From: Sphyrna mokarran
Lineage: Eukaryota
DNA length: 64,000 nucleotides
Reading direction: 5' to 3'
NCBI GenBank assembly: GCA_024679065.1
Contig: JAGIQG010000048.1
Span: 62,001-126,000, forward strand
Numbering within the stretch: position 1 is the first letter of the stretch; each line of letters starts with the position of its first letter. A program made the translations under genes and the position numbers. Below, in pieces: positions 24,401 through 38,288 of this stretch. The notes under the pieces are model-generated. The model saw only the letters and a list, made by a program, of their open reading frames with translations. It did no database searches and was not told the DNA's origin.

Positions 24401-27400
24401 AGTGAGATTGACAGGGTGAATTGGGTTAAAGGGATAGAACCTGGATGTGATTGTTATCAATACAAACATGACGGATTGCATGGCCTCCTTCTGCAATGTA
24501 TGGTTTCTATATTTCCATGAACTAAATGCAAGCTCTTTCCATATGTTGCCAATACACAATACAATATTTGATATGTTGAAAGCTCTGAGATTGTACTCAC
24601 TCGGCGGCTGATGCTTTAACTTGTCCAATTTAAGTAGATCAAATCGTCAATCAAATTAGACATTCAGTGGAATAACAACCTGTTCAAATATGTTTTATTT
24701 ATTTTGACATCAGAACAAATGTTTATTTAGAAAGGATCTCTTTATTTGAATTAAACAGCACCTGCTCTAATGGGTATTCAGGAAGATTCTCTTCATTTTG
24801 AATCAACTGTCAATGTACTTAAATCAAACCATTAGTCTGAGTTAAAACGAATCGAAAAGTGACTCTTTATCTGGTTTTGCGGTCGTGAAACTTCATCCCA
24901 ACCAGTGAGGCGTTTGTGTAAATAAACAGAGAAATAGCAATCCCAGAATACATTTATTGACTGAGAAAAATCACAAGAAAAATTTCTCCATCAACACAGT
25001 ACAGAAATAGGCAAACGTGGATATAAATCAACGGATTCCAATCCTGATCGTTTCTTGGACATTTTTTTTCATGTGTTATTTTACACAAAAAGGACTATGA
25101 TCATCTCTGTGGGAAAGATTCCCTGTAATCTCGAAATAGAACGCCACCGCAAATATACTTGTGGAGATTTCTTGTGTTTTATGTCCCTGTGTTTTTCTCC
25201 TATCTGATTCTCTGTCTTGTCTCTCACGATAGATCATTTTCAACAACATCAGGTCAAGCTCCAGTTATTGTATTCCCTCAGCCAAATCAATAGGCTTCTA
25301 ACTAAATGGATCTAATTCAATTAATTGGAATATATCAGGGCGGCTTTTGTCCAAAGTGTATATTGGACATTCCCTGGAAATCTAACCCATCCTGTCCCGG
25401 CCACCCGCCTGTTTGAATGGAGAGTTTGATTATTTCTCAACACCCAATATTAGATTGAGACAGTGGGGATGGAGATTCACTTCTATCGATCCCATGCCTC
25501 GGGAACATTTAATATTGCAATGTGGAGGGAGCTTAACACTCAGCACCTAAACACATGCTGCGCCTGAGCTTGGAATGTTTGATGGGACACTAGGCCCAGT
25601 CTCTATACAACACTCCTCTGTGACCCTGCTCTGCTGATGTTAAATTAACTAATCAGTATGCCAGTTTATATTAAATGAAGATATTTCTCTGTTCATATTA
25701 CACTAGATATGCTCTCTGTTTATACAAAATTAGATGCTGTCTTTGTTTATATGACACACCACCACTTATCTGTTTCTATTAAGCTCGACAGACACTCTGC
25801 TTTTATTAATGTAGACCTGTCTCTCTACTAAAGTGGATGCGGTCTTAGGTCTGCACTTGACTATGTCCACGTTTATTTCATATTGAACACGGATACCGGA
25901 GATGAGGGCGTTGGATTATGAGGAGAGACTGAATAGGCTAGGTTTGTACTCTTTGGAGTTTAGAAGGCTGAGAGAGGATCTTATAGAGACGTATAAGATA
26001 ATGAAGGGGATGGATAGGGTAGAGGTTGAGAGACTCTTCCCGCTTAGCAAAGATAGCAGGACGAGAGGGCACAGCCTCAAGATTAGGGGGAGGGGAGCGG
26101 TTCAAATCGGAGTTGAGGAGGAGTTTCTTCACGCAAAGGGTGGTTATTTGGAATTCTCTGCCTGATGAGGTGGTGGAGGCTTCCTCACTGAATATGTTTA
26201 AGAGTGGATAGGTTTTTGATTGACAAGTGAATTAAGGGTTACGGGGAGAAAGCGGGAAAGTGGAACTGAACCATTACAGATCAGCCCTGATCTCATTGAA
26301 TGACGGGGCAGGCTTGAGGGGCTGGATGGCCGACTCCTGCTCCTATTTCTTATGTTCTTACGACTCAGTTATTACTGCTCTAGACAAGGCGCAGTAATGT
26401 GAAAAATGGCTGGGGAACACATTTCTCTGTGATCTCCTACAGACACCACTCTCTCGGATGGAGACTGGTCTTGGGCACTGGAGCAAGGGATCTCTAGAAA
26501 TCCAATTCTGCATTGCAAGTGGATATCAAACCCTGCGCTGGCTGCACTGTCGATGCAATAGTTTCTGTTTCAGGATCCTGCTGAATACAATTGTTTTTAG
26601 CACAACATAGCAACTTATTCTCACAGAACCGTAGATTAATGTGCCTATAATTCAAACAAATGCAAAATCCAGTGCATTAATAACAGTGACCTGGTCGCAT
26701 GAAATGTGGGCAGAGTCAGGGTCAAATAAACTCATACATGGACTGATGGAGCTTTAAGATCATACCATAAGACATAGGAGCAGAATGAGGCCACTCGGCC
26801 CATCGAGTCTGCTCCCCCATTCAATCATGGCTGATATTTTTCTCATCCCCCATTCTCCTGCCTTTTCCCTGATCCCCTTATTAACCAGGAACCTATCTAT
26901 CTCTGTCTTAACGACACTCAGTGACCCGGCCTCCTCTGCAGCAAAGAGTTCCACACATTCCCCACTCTCTGGCTGAACAAACTCCTCCCCATCTCTGTTT
27001 TAAAGGATTGTCCCTTTAGCCTGAGGTTGTTCCCTCTCTGGTTCGAGTTTTTCCTACTAGTGGAAACATCCTCTCCGTGTCCGCTCCATCCAGGGCCTCG
27101 CAGGATCCTGGAAGTTTCAATAAGATCCCCCCGCCATCCTTCTAAACTCCCAACGAGTACAGACCCAGAATCCTCAACCCGTTCCTCATACAGCAAACTC
27201 CAACTAAAACAAGATCGAGAGCATTTGATTTCATGAACTGTTCAAGCAATACTGTTACCGAAACACTTGTAATGCAAGAATTTTGTTTCAGTTTAGTACA
27301 CACGCACATAAATGTTTTGATGCAGTCGGAATTCAGTCGCAGTCAGATTGAAGTTTTGAAGCTTATTTATCAGTGTCATTAGGCCGACATTAACACTGTA

Positions 27401-28356
27401 ATTAAGTTACTGTAAAAATCCCCTACTCGGCTGTTGGGGTAGAATTTAAGCGAGAGTGTAGCATGGCCGAAATTCACCTAAACAGCACGTCCTTCGGACT
27501 GTGGGAGGAAACCGGGGGACGGGGATAGAACCAGCAGCCACAGGGAGAACAGGCAGACTCCACACAGACAGTCACCATAGCTGGGAAGTGAAGCCAGGTC
27601 CCTGGTGATGTCAAACAGCAGTGATAATCATTGTGCCAACGTGCCACCCATATTAACTGAAATATAGTTCAGCACATTTATACCTCAGAAAGTACGGTTT
27701 AAATAGGGTCCTGGTCTCATCGAGGAACAACTGATATTGAGCCGAGTCCAGAGCGAAAGGAGAACTACAAGTGCAAAGGTCATATATGTTCAGAAAGTTG
27801 GTGTTTATTTCCATCAATTGCCATCCATTCTCAAAGATGCATAATTTTAGTCATCATCCACTCCCTCCAAGGCCAATATATCCTTACACAAACGCGGGGA
27901 CCAAAACTGCACACAGTTCTCCAGTTGCTGCCTCACCAGTGCCCTGTACAGTTACAGCAAGACCTCCCTGCTTTTATATTCTATCCCCCTCGCCATAAAG
28001 GCCACCATCCCATTCACCTTCTTGATCACCTGCTGTAGCTGCAGACTGGGTTTTTGTGATTTGTGCACAAGGATCCCCAGGTCCCTCTCCACCTCCTGAT
28101 TCCCCAGTGAAGGAAATCTGCCGTCCCTACATGTCTCAGCGGGCTGTAACTCAAGATGGGTCACCATGTACATAACTAGACAATGCCTTCTAAGATGCCC
28201 TCACACACCACTCAGCTGAAAAGGAATTTAGCACAGGAAACAAATGGTGTTCTTTCCAGTGACTCCCGCGTCCCCTGGAAGAATAAAGTGAAATAAAACA
28301 CAACAATGTTTATACAGTATAAGATATATCACCTCTCTGAATCAACTCTCACAATT

Positions 28357-29420
28357 TAGAACATAGAACATAGAACATTACAGCACAGAACAGGCCCTTC
28401 AGCCTTCGATGTTGCGCCGACCAATATGAAAAGCAATGACCCTCCAAACTAAACCAATCCCTTCTCTTCCATTTACTTATCAACTAACCTCTTAAACGCC
28501 ACCAAACTTGGCGCATCTACAACTGCGGCAGGCAGGGCATTCCACTCCCGAACCACCCTTTGGGTAAAGTACCTACCTCTGATATCCGTCCTATAACTAT
28601 CACCCCTTAATTTAAAGCTGTGTCCCCTTGTGCTAGCTTTCTCCATCCTAGGAAAAATGCTATCACTGTCCACCCTATCTAAACCTCTAATCATCTTATA
28701 TGTTTCGATTAGGTCCCCTCTTAGCCGCCTCCTTTCTAACGAAAACAACCTCAAATCCCTCAACCTCTCTTCATAAGACCTGCCCCTCCATACCAGGCAA
28801 CATCCTGGTAAACCTCCTCTGTACCCTCTCCAATGCCTCCACATCTTTCTTATAATGTGGGGACCAGAACTGCACACAATACTCCAAGTGCGGCCGCACT
28901 AGAGTTTTGTACGTTGCAACATGACGTTGCGGCTCCGAAATTCAATCCCCCTACCAATAAAAGCTAAGACTCCATATGCCTTCTTAACAACCTTATCGAC
29001 TTGACCGCCTACTTTCAGGGATCTATGCACATATACACCAAAATCCCTCTGTTCATCAACACTATTAAGAGTCCTACCATTAGCCCTATACTCTACACAT
29101 TTGTTATTCCTGCCAAAGTGAATTACCTCACACTTTTCCACATTAAACTCCATTTGCCACCTCTCGCCCAGCTCTGCAACTTGTCCAAGTCTCTCTGCAA
29201 ACTATAACACCCCTCTTCACTATCTACCACTCCTCCGACTTTGGTGTCATCCGCAAATTTACTAATCCATCCTTCAATACCTCATCCAGATCATTTATAA
29301 AAATTACAAACAGCAGGGGCCCCAAAACAGACCCCTGATGTACACCACTTGTCACCGAACTCCACGATGAATATCTCCCATCAACCACCACCCTCTGTCT
29401 TCTATCTGCTAGCCAAAATT
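28357..29420 (-). mobile_element. 5'-truncated CR1 LINE (mirror of 10550-11611)
   Basis: [14 protein letters not shown] and [20 protein letters not shown]; (TAGAACA)n tail at 28357. Confidence 0.93.
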
Positions 29421-29951
29421 TGCCCGTAATTATTTCCCATCCCAGTGTTGTATTGGGTTGGGGAAATCATCATTGTTACTAACAAGGTGCCAGAGAATCG
29501 GGATACCTTTCTTTTCCCAAGGAAATGGAAAGCATGCATCAGCTTTCCAGATTTAAAAAAATCATTAAGTTAGCTCCAGTACTAGGCAGATTTGTTCAGA
29601 AATAGGCTCCATTGACAATGCTGAGAGTTTGAAGTTGGATTGCAGCCAATCGCTCAGCACTGAGGAAACAGATTTTCGACTTACTGAACAAACAGCATCG
29701 GATGCTTCTTGTAAATATCTTGGCGTATTTGGGAGCAAATTGGACTGGAGCCAAATACTGCGTAGGACGGATTAACGTGGACATGTAGGGATAAAATGGG
29801 ACTTAACCAGTCCCACAATAAATACTTGATTCCCACAATAAAGACACGTTTTAAATGGTATTCACTCCAAGCAATATTTTCAGGGACTGTACTGTGATTA
29901 AACAGTAACAGAAATGGGTAAATTGGATCGATCCATTTGTGTAGATCCATT

Positions 29952-30310
29952 TGGTGATCTAATTGAGGTGTATAAGATGATCAGAGGGTTCGGTAGGGTG
30001 GATAGTGAGAGCATTTTTCCTCGGATGGAGAAAGCTAGCACGAGGGGGCATAGCTTTAAATTAAGGGGTGGTAGTTATAGGACAGATGTTAGAGGTGGGT
30101 TCTTTACTCAGAGGGTGGTAAGGGCATGGAATGCCCTGCCTACAGCAGTTGTGGACTCACCAAGTTTAAGGGCGTTCAAATGGTCAGTGGATAGGCAGAT
30201 GGATAGCATGGGAATACTTTAGGATAGAGGGTCATAAAATTGGTTCCATTGGTCGGCGCAACATCGAGGGCCGAAGGGCCTGTACTGCGCTGTAATGTTC
30301 TATGTTCTAA
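29952..30310 (+). mobile_element. CR1 LINE 3' end (mirror of 9650-10008)
   Basis: ORF 29914-30222 GDLIEVYKMIRG...WNALP; tail TGTTCTATGTTCTA. Confidence 0.92.
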
Positions 30311-30329
30311 CTTCCAAATAAATGTCATT

Positions 30330-30632
30330 CTGATTTATTTCATAGTAAACTTGCTAGCTTTCGGTGTTTGTGCCTTCGTCAGGTGAATGAGGTGTTCTGG
30401 TCTGCAATAGCACACATATCAGCATAGACAGTTACAGATTGCTGATTAGAATGTGAATCCTTACATCTAACCTGCTATTCAAGTCTTAAAGTGGCTGACA
30501 ATGTGAGTGGAAGGAGCACTGCGCACAGATTAGAGAGATGTGTATTGTCTCCAGACAGCACAGTAAGTGAGGTTTTTTGCTAACCCAGGCAAGTCGTGGG
30601 GGTTACAGATAGTGTGACATGAAGCTAAGATC
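30330..30632 (-). mobile_element. Penelope-like element 3' end with a hammerhead-like motif (mirror of 9340-9630)
   Basis: Minus strand reads DLSFMSHYL*, then CTGACGA...CCGAAAGCTA and AATAAA. Confidence 0.65.
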
Positions 30633-33600
30633 GTAATAACATGGAATCATAGAATCCCTACAGTCAACAGGGAGGTCATTCACTGCAATAATCCTGCAGC
30701 GGGCTTTCCAGCAGAGCATCCCACCGAGGCAAATCTTCATTAGATCCAGACAACCACACATATTCATAGGCTAATCCACCGAACCTACACATTATTGGAC
30801 ACTAACAGGAAATTTAGCAAAGACAACTTACACTGGATCTGGGAAGGATGCTCTGCTGGGTAACTGGTGCAGGCTTGATGAATGTTCTCCTTCTGCACTG
30901 TAGGGATTCTATGATTCTACTTTGCGCATCATTGGAAGCTAAGGGGCAATTTATCACAGCCAATCCACCTAAACTGCAAATCCTGGGACTGTGAAAGGAA
31001 ACTGGAGCACTCGGAGGATCCCACATGGATATGGATAGAATTTGAAAACCATACACAGTCACCCAGTGTTGGAATCGATCCCGCTTCCCTGTCGCCTGTG
31101 AGGCAGCAAAGCTAATTGCATCTCTTAGTGATAACCACATTAGATTTTTTTACTCTTCCTTCCCGTGAGTTTGATCAATATTTGTGACAGAAATACTTCA
31201 GACATCAGATTTTTTTAAAATTTAACTTGTCTAATTTAAACAGATCAAATCCTCAATCAAATTAACATTTAGTGGAATATCTGGCTGTTCACAAATGCTT
31301 TATTAATTGTGACATCAGAACTTTCAGAACTAATTCTGAAATGGAATGTATCATTTTCTTTGAATTAAATGCAACTGGTGTTATAAATGTTCAAAAAGTT
31401 TCGATTCATTTTGAACCAACCGTTAAAATTCTTAAAATAAACCACAATTTTGAATTGAAACTGATCAATAAGTAATGGTTTATCTGGTTTTGTTGTCACG
31501 GACATTTCATTGTAAACACTGAGGTATTTATGTAAATAAATATGAAAATAGAAATTCCGAATTAGATTGTTGACTGATAAAAACACAGCAAATATTTCCC
31601 CACCAACACAGCCCAGAAATAGAGACAACCATGCAAATCAATCAACGGATTCCAGTGAGGATTGTTTTCAACATTATTTCTTCATCAGTTATGTGAGGAA
31701 AAAAACATCATGATGATATCTATGTTCAGAATTAAGGAATAATCCCTCTGATCCTAAATGTAATGACACAGCAAATGTGTTCCTGTAAATCTCCCTGTGT
31801 TTCATCTCTATCTCTGTCTTTCTCCTGTCTGTGTCCTGTCTCTCCAAGATGGTTCATTGTCTTAACTCCACAGCATAAAGTCCATGTCAGCCCAATGTCT
31901 TCTCTCAGCCAGAGTTACAGGCTTCTAAAATAATGTAATTCAATAAATTGCAATCTGTGACTGAGAATTACTCAAACAGATCTCTTGAGAAATCCATGAT
32001 CTTGAAATACTTGATACATTTTCTTCTGCGTCTAACCTGGTGGTAAGGATTCAATGTGGAACTTTTCCCTATATTTAGCCGGTGCTGTCCCTGTCCTTGG
32101 AGTATTTGACCGGACAGAGTAGAGGAATATTTACTCTGCGTCTCAACTCATTGTATTTGGCTTATGGACGTTTGATGCATCTTTGTCAAGGAAGATTTAA
32201 TCCGTATCTAATCTCTGCCGTACCTGGCCTGGGTGTGTTTTGTGGAACTGTGCAGGCGGCTCTTTCCCCTATTCCTAACGCTAATTGAAACCTGCCTCCT
32301 GAATCTCTGAAGGGAGAGAGCAGGAGAGTTTTTACATAGAAGAACGTCCATGCCCTTTCTGCCTTAGTATTGTTTGAACAGATTTGTAGACGGAGTTTCA
32401 CTCTGTTTCTAGACAGTAGACTGTTCTTGGAATGTTTGAATCGAAGGCGATTCACTTTGCATCCAAATCATGCTATTCTGCTTTGGGAGTTATTCATTTG
32501 CCAGAGCAGAGGGGAAATTCCGCAGCTAACCCCGTGTTACTCCTGTCCTGTAAGTTTTTGATGGGACAGTAAACTGTCTCTACAAATTTCATGGGGATTG
32601 AACCAGTCTCTTTATATTACAGTAAATGTAGCCTGTGTCAGCTTATATGATAAGCCACATCCACTAGACCCTTTTTATCTTGCACGTAGAATTTTAAGTC
32701 TCTACACATAGTAAATTGGATGTATTATCTGTACTAAATTAGACACTGTTCCGGTTTATTTTTCTGTTTATATTAAACTAGATGTTAATTGTGTTTATAT
32801 TATTTTAGATCTGTCTCTGTTTGTATCAAACTAGATGCAGTTTTACTTCTGTAATTGACCGTCTCCATGTTTTTATTGCATTGGGACATGGGCTCAGTGT
32901 TTATTGCACTGGTCAAGGGCAGTAATGATGAAACTAGCTGGCAGAACACAAATCTCTGCATCCTTCTACAAATGCAAACTCTATCAGGTTTTGAACAGTG
33001 GAAAAGAAGAAGCGATATCTGAAATCTACTTCTGCTGACTGCATTGAAAATGGATATCAAGTCTTGTGCACTGTCAATGAAAAACAAAAGAAAAGCAAAT
33101 TACAGCACAATAAAATACTGGTGAACCAATATGCCTGGTTCTGCATCTTGCCTGATAGCAATCTTTTTTATCCCAACATATGATTTGTTTTTCTCACAAA
33201 ACAGTGGAATAAAACCAACATAATTCAAAGAGAGGCGTAGTTAAGTGCAGGAACTAAATTGACCCCGTCTAGTGAGAGAAATACAGGGTCAGTATCAAGT
33301 ATACATAACCAGAGAGAATGCCGTGTGCAATGTAAACTGAGCTCTGGTCCAGCAGAGTATTAACAGAGCCAGACTTATTTTAATATAAACGGGGGCCTGA
33401 TACAAGAAAATAGAAGTGAGTTAGTGCCGAGTCGGGGGGTGGTCAAATGTCAAATCCCAATGACACCCAGATCCCGTGAATGAAACATATTGAAAAATGA
33501 CAATGCCAAGGGAAATAAAACTGAGACAGTGTCTCACACACACAGTTTTACTGATATAGGAACTTCTTAGCATGAACTGAGACAACGCCGAGTAATTAAT

Positions 33601-36485
33601 GATCCTGGAGCAAATAAGGAGAATGTCAAAATAAAGTTCAGAAAGAGAGTAATTCTTTTCACCAATTACAATCTGTTTGCAATTTAATCATTTCATTCAT
33701 CAGCTCTCATTCATACATAAAGAGGAGTATATTTAAAATGACTTTAAAGTCGGAAGGCGATGTTGTCGAGGCCCCCACTTATTCCCCATTGCCAGCTGCA
33801 TTCGGCAAGCTGGTGGGGAGCCGCCTTATTCAATTGCTGCAGAACCTGCAGTGTAGGTACACCGACAGTGCTCTTAGGGAGGATTCCCCCCGGATTCCGA
33901 GGCAGCGTAAGTAAAGGATTGGTCCAAGTCGGGCTTGTGAGTATCTTGGAGAGGAATTTATAAGCGAGGTTGTTCCAATTCTCCAGTTATCATCAACTCA
34001 TACAATTAGATCACCAATTATGTTCATCAGTTTGATCAAAGCAAAATACTGCAGATTCTGGAAACTCAAACAAAAATAATGAATGTTGGAAAATCTCAAC
34101 GGGTCTGATAGCATCTGTGGAGAGAGAATAGAACCAAAGTTTCCAGTCAGTGAGATTTTTTTTTATTTGCAGGAAATTGAAGAGAGTAATGAAATTGAGA
34201 AATGATGTGAGTGGATAGGGATTAGGATTTTTTTAAGGATATAGTTCGTGATTGAGTTGTTGATTAGGTTAGGATGAAGAAATTTGTTCTGATATTTGGG
34301 ATCACTCTGTGAATTGATGCAGCTTGTGTTTGTCTGAAATAGTATCTACTATTTCTGTTATTCCCATCTCACAGGAAATTTATCTGGCTTTTCTGACACA
34401 ATGATTATGTCTCCAAAGCATCAAGAATTCTCTGCCGAAGCGTCATCCAGATTTGAAACAAAGGATCTGTTCTGCCTCCACAGATGTTACTGAGATAATG
34501 CAGTATTTTCTGTTCATTTTCGGTATTTCCTTCTGTATAATTGTACTTTGCTTCGTATCATTTATTGGTATTAAAACTTATAGACAATATATTGGCTTTT
34601 TTGTCACCAAGGAATAAAATCCGTCCCAGAATTCAGTGGGGAATGGAATTAATTCAGATGGAGGAGAATGAACCAGCAGCCTCTGCACTTCATTGACAAG
34701 TCAGCACCTCATCATCACACAGAAAGTACTGATACAAAGCTGGGTGGGTTTCAAAGTGATGATATAAATGGAGTCACCTGTACCTCATGTGAAGTTACCG
34801 AATCTTTAAATTCCGATTCATTATTTCACTGTTTTGGGAAGTAATGTCACACCTGTAGTTGGCCAGTGAGTTTCACAAATATTTCTGTTGTTGCCGTATT
34901 TACTTTTCGCCCTGTTGCCTTCACTAATTTGGGTGAGGCCATGTTGATTGATTCGATGAAAGAGTCAGTATTTTGTACAGTACAATCATCCCTCCTCAAC
35001 TACATGATGCTCCTTCTTCCTGTCTTGGATACGAAGATTCAACATCAGCAGAGAAATGAACCATCTGAGCCCCAGGACCATCTCCTCCTTCTCTTCGTGA
35101 GGATCAGCTTGCAAACTCCCGAGAAACTCGGGATGGATTTCACCCAGACACTCTGGAAGGAGTGAAAGCATTAGACAGACACAAATTGAATGAAGGAGTT
35201 CTTTCAATTTATGAAGCAGTCAAACACAAACATGGAAATGTAGAACAGCATCATTCAGTACCATCGATCAATATTTCCTCAATCAAAATATTCAGGCATC
35301 CAACAGGCATTTATCCATGGGGCATTCAAATATCATTCCTTCCTGCGTCAACACAGTCACATATATACTGTTTGTGTCGACGGTGACATGATATTAATTT
35401 AATTGATCCGGTGATCCAGAGGCCCAGGCCAATGATGTGAGGACAGGGATTTAAGTCGGGCCATGCCCGCAGGTAGATTTTGAATTCTATTGATAAATGT
35501 GGACTAGAACCTCCCCCTTATTCCCCAATGGAGGAAATCTGCCATTGCTTACATTCCCTCACAAGGATGTAAATCCAGGCTGAGAGTGAAATAGCTAACT
35601 CTTTAATATCTTCGAAAGTGTCCCAGAAAAACAATCAATTTAGGGGAATTTGGGAAAGGCAAAAAGTGTCGGTCTTTCCAACCAAACATCCCAGGGAAAG
35701 ATAAAAGGAAATATAATATAAATGTGCATGCTCAAATATAACAACATATAAGCTCTCTGTGAGCCACTTTTCCATCTGCCTGTGATTCTTTCTATCCTTC
35801 CATCACAATCTCCTCATGTATAAATCATCACTGTTATTAATAAGGTGCCAAAGAATGTGTATATTAATCCCTTCTTTAGAGATGGCAACACATCATCTCG
35901 ATTTATAACTTCCAAAAATTCAAGTGCCCCCCCGCACTGTTGCTGGGTAGATTTGTTTATAAATAGTCCACACTGACAACGTGAAGAGTTTCAAGTTGAC
36001 TTGCAGCCAAGCGGTCAGTACTGAGGAAACAAATCTTTGATCTACTGCACAAACCCGCCCAGATGCTTCCTGTCAATAACTGAGTATCTGACAGCAGCCT
36101 GGATTGCTGCCAAATACTGCGTGGCACAGATTAGCGTGAACCTGAATGGACAAAACCGGATTCAGACATTTTAATAATAAATGTTTCATTCCCTCAAGAA
36201 AATGGTAATCATTCTAATCAAGTATTTTCATTCAATGCCCTGTTCGTTATGTGAGTAAATAGTATCACTAAACAATAAAGTCACCTTTTTTTTCCAATTG
36301 TATAGTCTCCAGGTAAATTTCGTTCTATTAATTAATGTGTATTAACCACATCATGAAATGAGAGAGAGAGAGATGTTGATGGTAACAGTTCCCCAGTGAA
36401 TTGAAATATTAAACCAGCAACATAAAACTGACATGAACAACGGCGATTCCTGTAATATTGTGAAAGTTCTGCACCCTATTAAAAC

Positions 36486-36767
36486 TCAGTAAGAATTTAG
36501 CAACACCGATTATTAATGCAACCGATTTATTTGATAGTAAATCCGCGAGCTTTCAACACTCGTGTGTCTTCCTCAGGCAAGTGCAGTGTTCTGGTCAGAA
36601 CACTGCAGAACACACCAGAACACTGCACTTGCCTGAGGAAGACACAAGAGTGTTGAAAGCTCGCGGATTTAGTATCAAATAAATCGGTTGGATTAATAAT
36701 TGGTGTTGCTAAATTCTTACTGAGTTCTTACTACCCCAATCCAACGCTGGCATCTTTACATCATGAC
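36486..36767. mobile_element. Mirror copy of the Penelope-like hairpin insertion
   Basis: Reverse complement of 2648-2929; CCCTATTAAAAC repeats at 36474-36485 and 36768-36779. Confidence 0.7.
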
Positions 36768-37674
36768 CCCTATTAAAACAGCAGCATCTCCTGTAGCTGA
36801 TTTGCACCGTGTTTTATTGTACAGTATAAGCTGATTTCTGTTATTAAAGAGTTCCTCTCGTAGTTGCCAATGAGGGGAGAAATGATCATTTCATAAGCTG
36901 CTTGAATGGAAGATAAAACATTTATTCTTGTGACATTGTGCAATGTACAATGTGTGTTCCTGATACCAGCGAATGTTAGACAGCCGGTGGCCAATAGAAT
37001 GAGCTGCAATGATTTGGATGCTGACGGAGAACTTTAATGATCTTCGTGTGCATTCCAATTCATTCACTTCTCAGTCAAAAATCAATTTAATGTTATGTTT
37101 CTCTGTCAATTAATTATATAATTCTCAGGAATTCATATTATTTTCAGAGGGCTGTCTTCCAGATTGGGACAGTTTGAAAAAAAATACAAGGAAAATACTG
37201 TGTGAGCTGTTTCTCATCTTCAAACCTTAATCCACACTGGAAATACAATCACTTTGTATATTCCACACATTTAGTTCCAGAAATCGACGCTATTTCTTCG
37301 GATAAATTGTGTTTTATTATCCCAATGTGGCAGAGGCACGGAATTGTTGCAAAATTGTCTAATTTCCCCAAATGTGATTCCATCATTTTTCGATTTGTTT
37401 TCTTGTTGTGGGCGGGGTAATAAAATCCCCGTATTTACAACGGAATTGGTCATTTTAATAAATAAATGATGAATTGTAATATCACCATCAGGAATAATCC
37501 ATGAACAGATTCAGCCAAACAAATAGCCCGACACAGATCAAATGTCCATTTGAGTATGAATTCTTGTCAATCTGGGGAGTCCATTCTATCTGGGGGTGTG
37601 GAAGGTGGATCCAGGCGCCGCCTCCAGCAGGGAATCAACAGGCGGTGCCCGGAAAGCCGTCCCCTTCTACTGGC

Positions 37675-37684
37675 TATTTAAATA
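37675..37684 (+). promoter_or_regulatory. TATA-like box of the plus VH promoter
   Basis: TATTTAAATA about 90 bp upstream of ATG 37774. Confidence 0.65.
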
Positions 37685-37773
37685 CCGCTCACCGGCACCG
37701 CAATCCAACAGCCCGGGAGCTGGTTTGTTCACTGAGTTCCTGACACAACCATTTCCCCCAAATCACCAGAAAG

Positions 37774-37819
37774 ATGAGGTCGGCGATTTGTCTCAGTTTA
37801 TTGCTGACTTTCTTATCCG
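37774..37819 (+). CDS. IGHV: VH leader exon (MRSAICLSLLLTFLS)
   Basis: ATG 37774, signal-peptide character, phase-1 donor GTGAGT at 37820. Confidence 0.93.
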
Positions 37820-37944
37820 GTGAGTAGTTTATTTTCATTGTCCAAGACTCTCATTTTACTGTCTCAATGTTAGTCTATCTCTGGAATGCTCCAGAATCAT
37901 TCCACCAGGATTAACCCTTAGAATTTTTGATTTTTTATTTACAG

Positions 37945-38249
37945 GTGTCCAGTCGGAGGTTGTGTTGACCCAGAAAGAGGCAGAGACCGTCCGTCCCGGA
38001 GCATCCCTGAAACTGACCTGTAAAACCAGCGGCTTTAACCTTGGCGACTATTACATGGCTTGGATCCGGCAGGTTCCCGGACAGGGACTGGAGTGGCTGG
38101 TTAGCTACTATAGTTCATCCAGCAACGATTACGCCCCCGGAATTGAGGGCCGATTTACGGCGTCCAAAGACACTTCAAACAACATCTTCTCTTTGGAGAT
38201 GTTGCGTCTAAGGATTGAAGACACCGCCATCTATTACTGTGCAAGAGAC
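37945..38249 (+). CDS. IGHV: Ig heavy-chain variable exon (VH), germline and open
   Basis: TTTACAG acceptor; [49 protein letters not shown]...[11 protein letters not shown]. Confidence 0.97.
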
Positions 38250-38288
38250 CACAGCGAGAGGAACCAGGGCTGGAACTGTACAAGGACA
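38250..38288 (+). other. VH 23-spacer RSS
   Basis: CACAGCG 38250-38256, 23 nt, ACAAGGACA 38280-38288. Confidence 0.92.
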
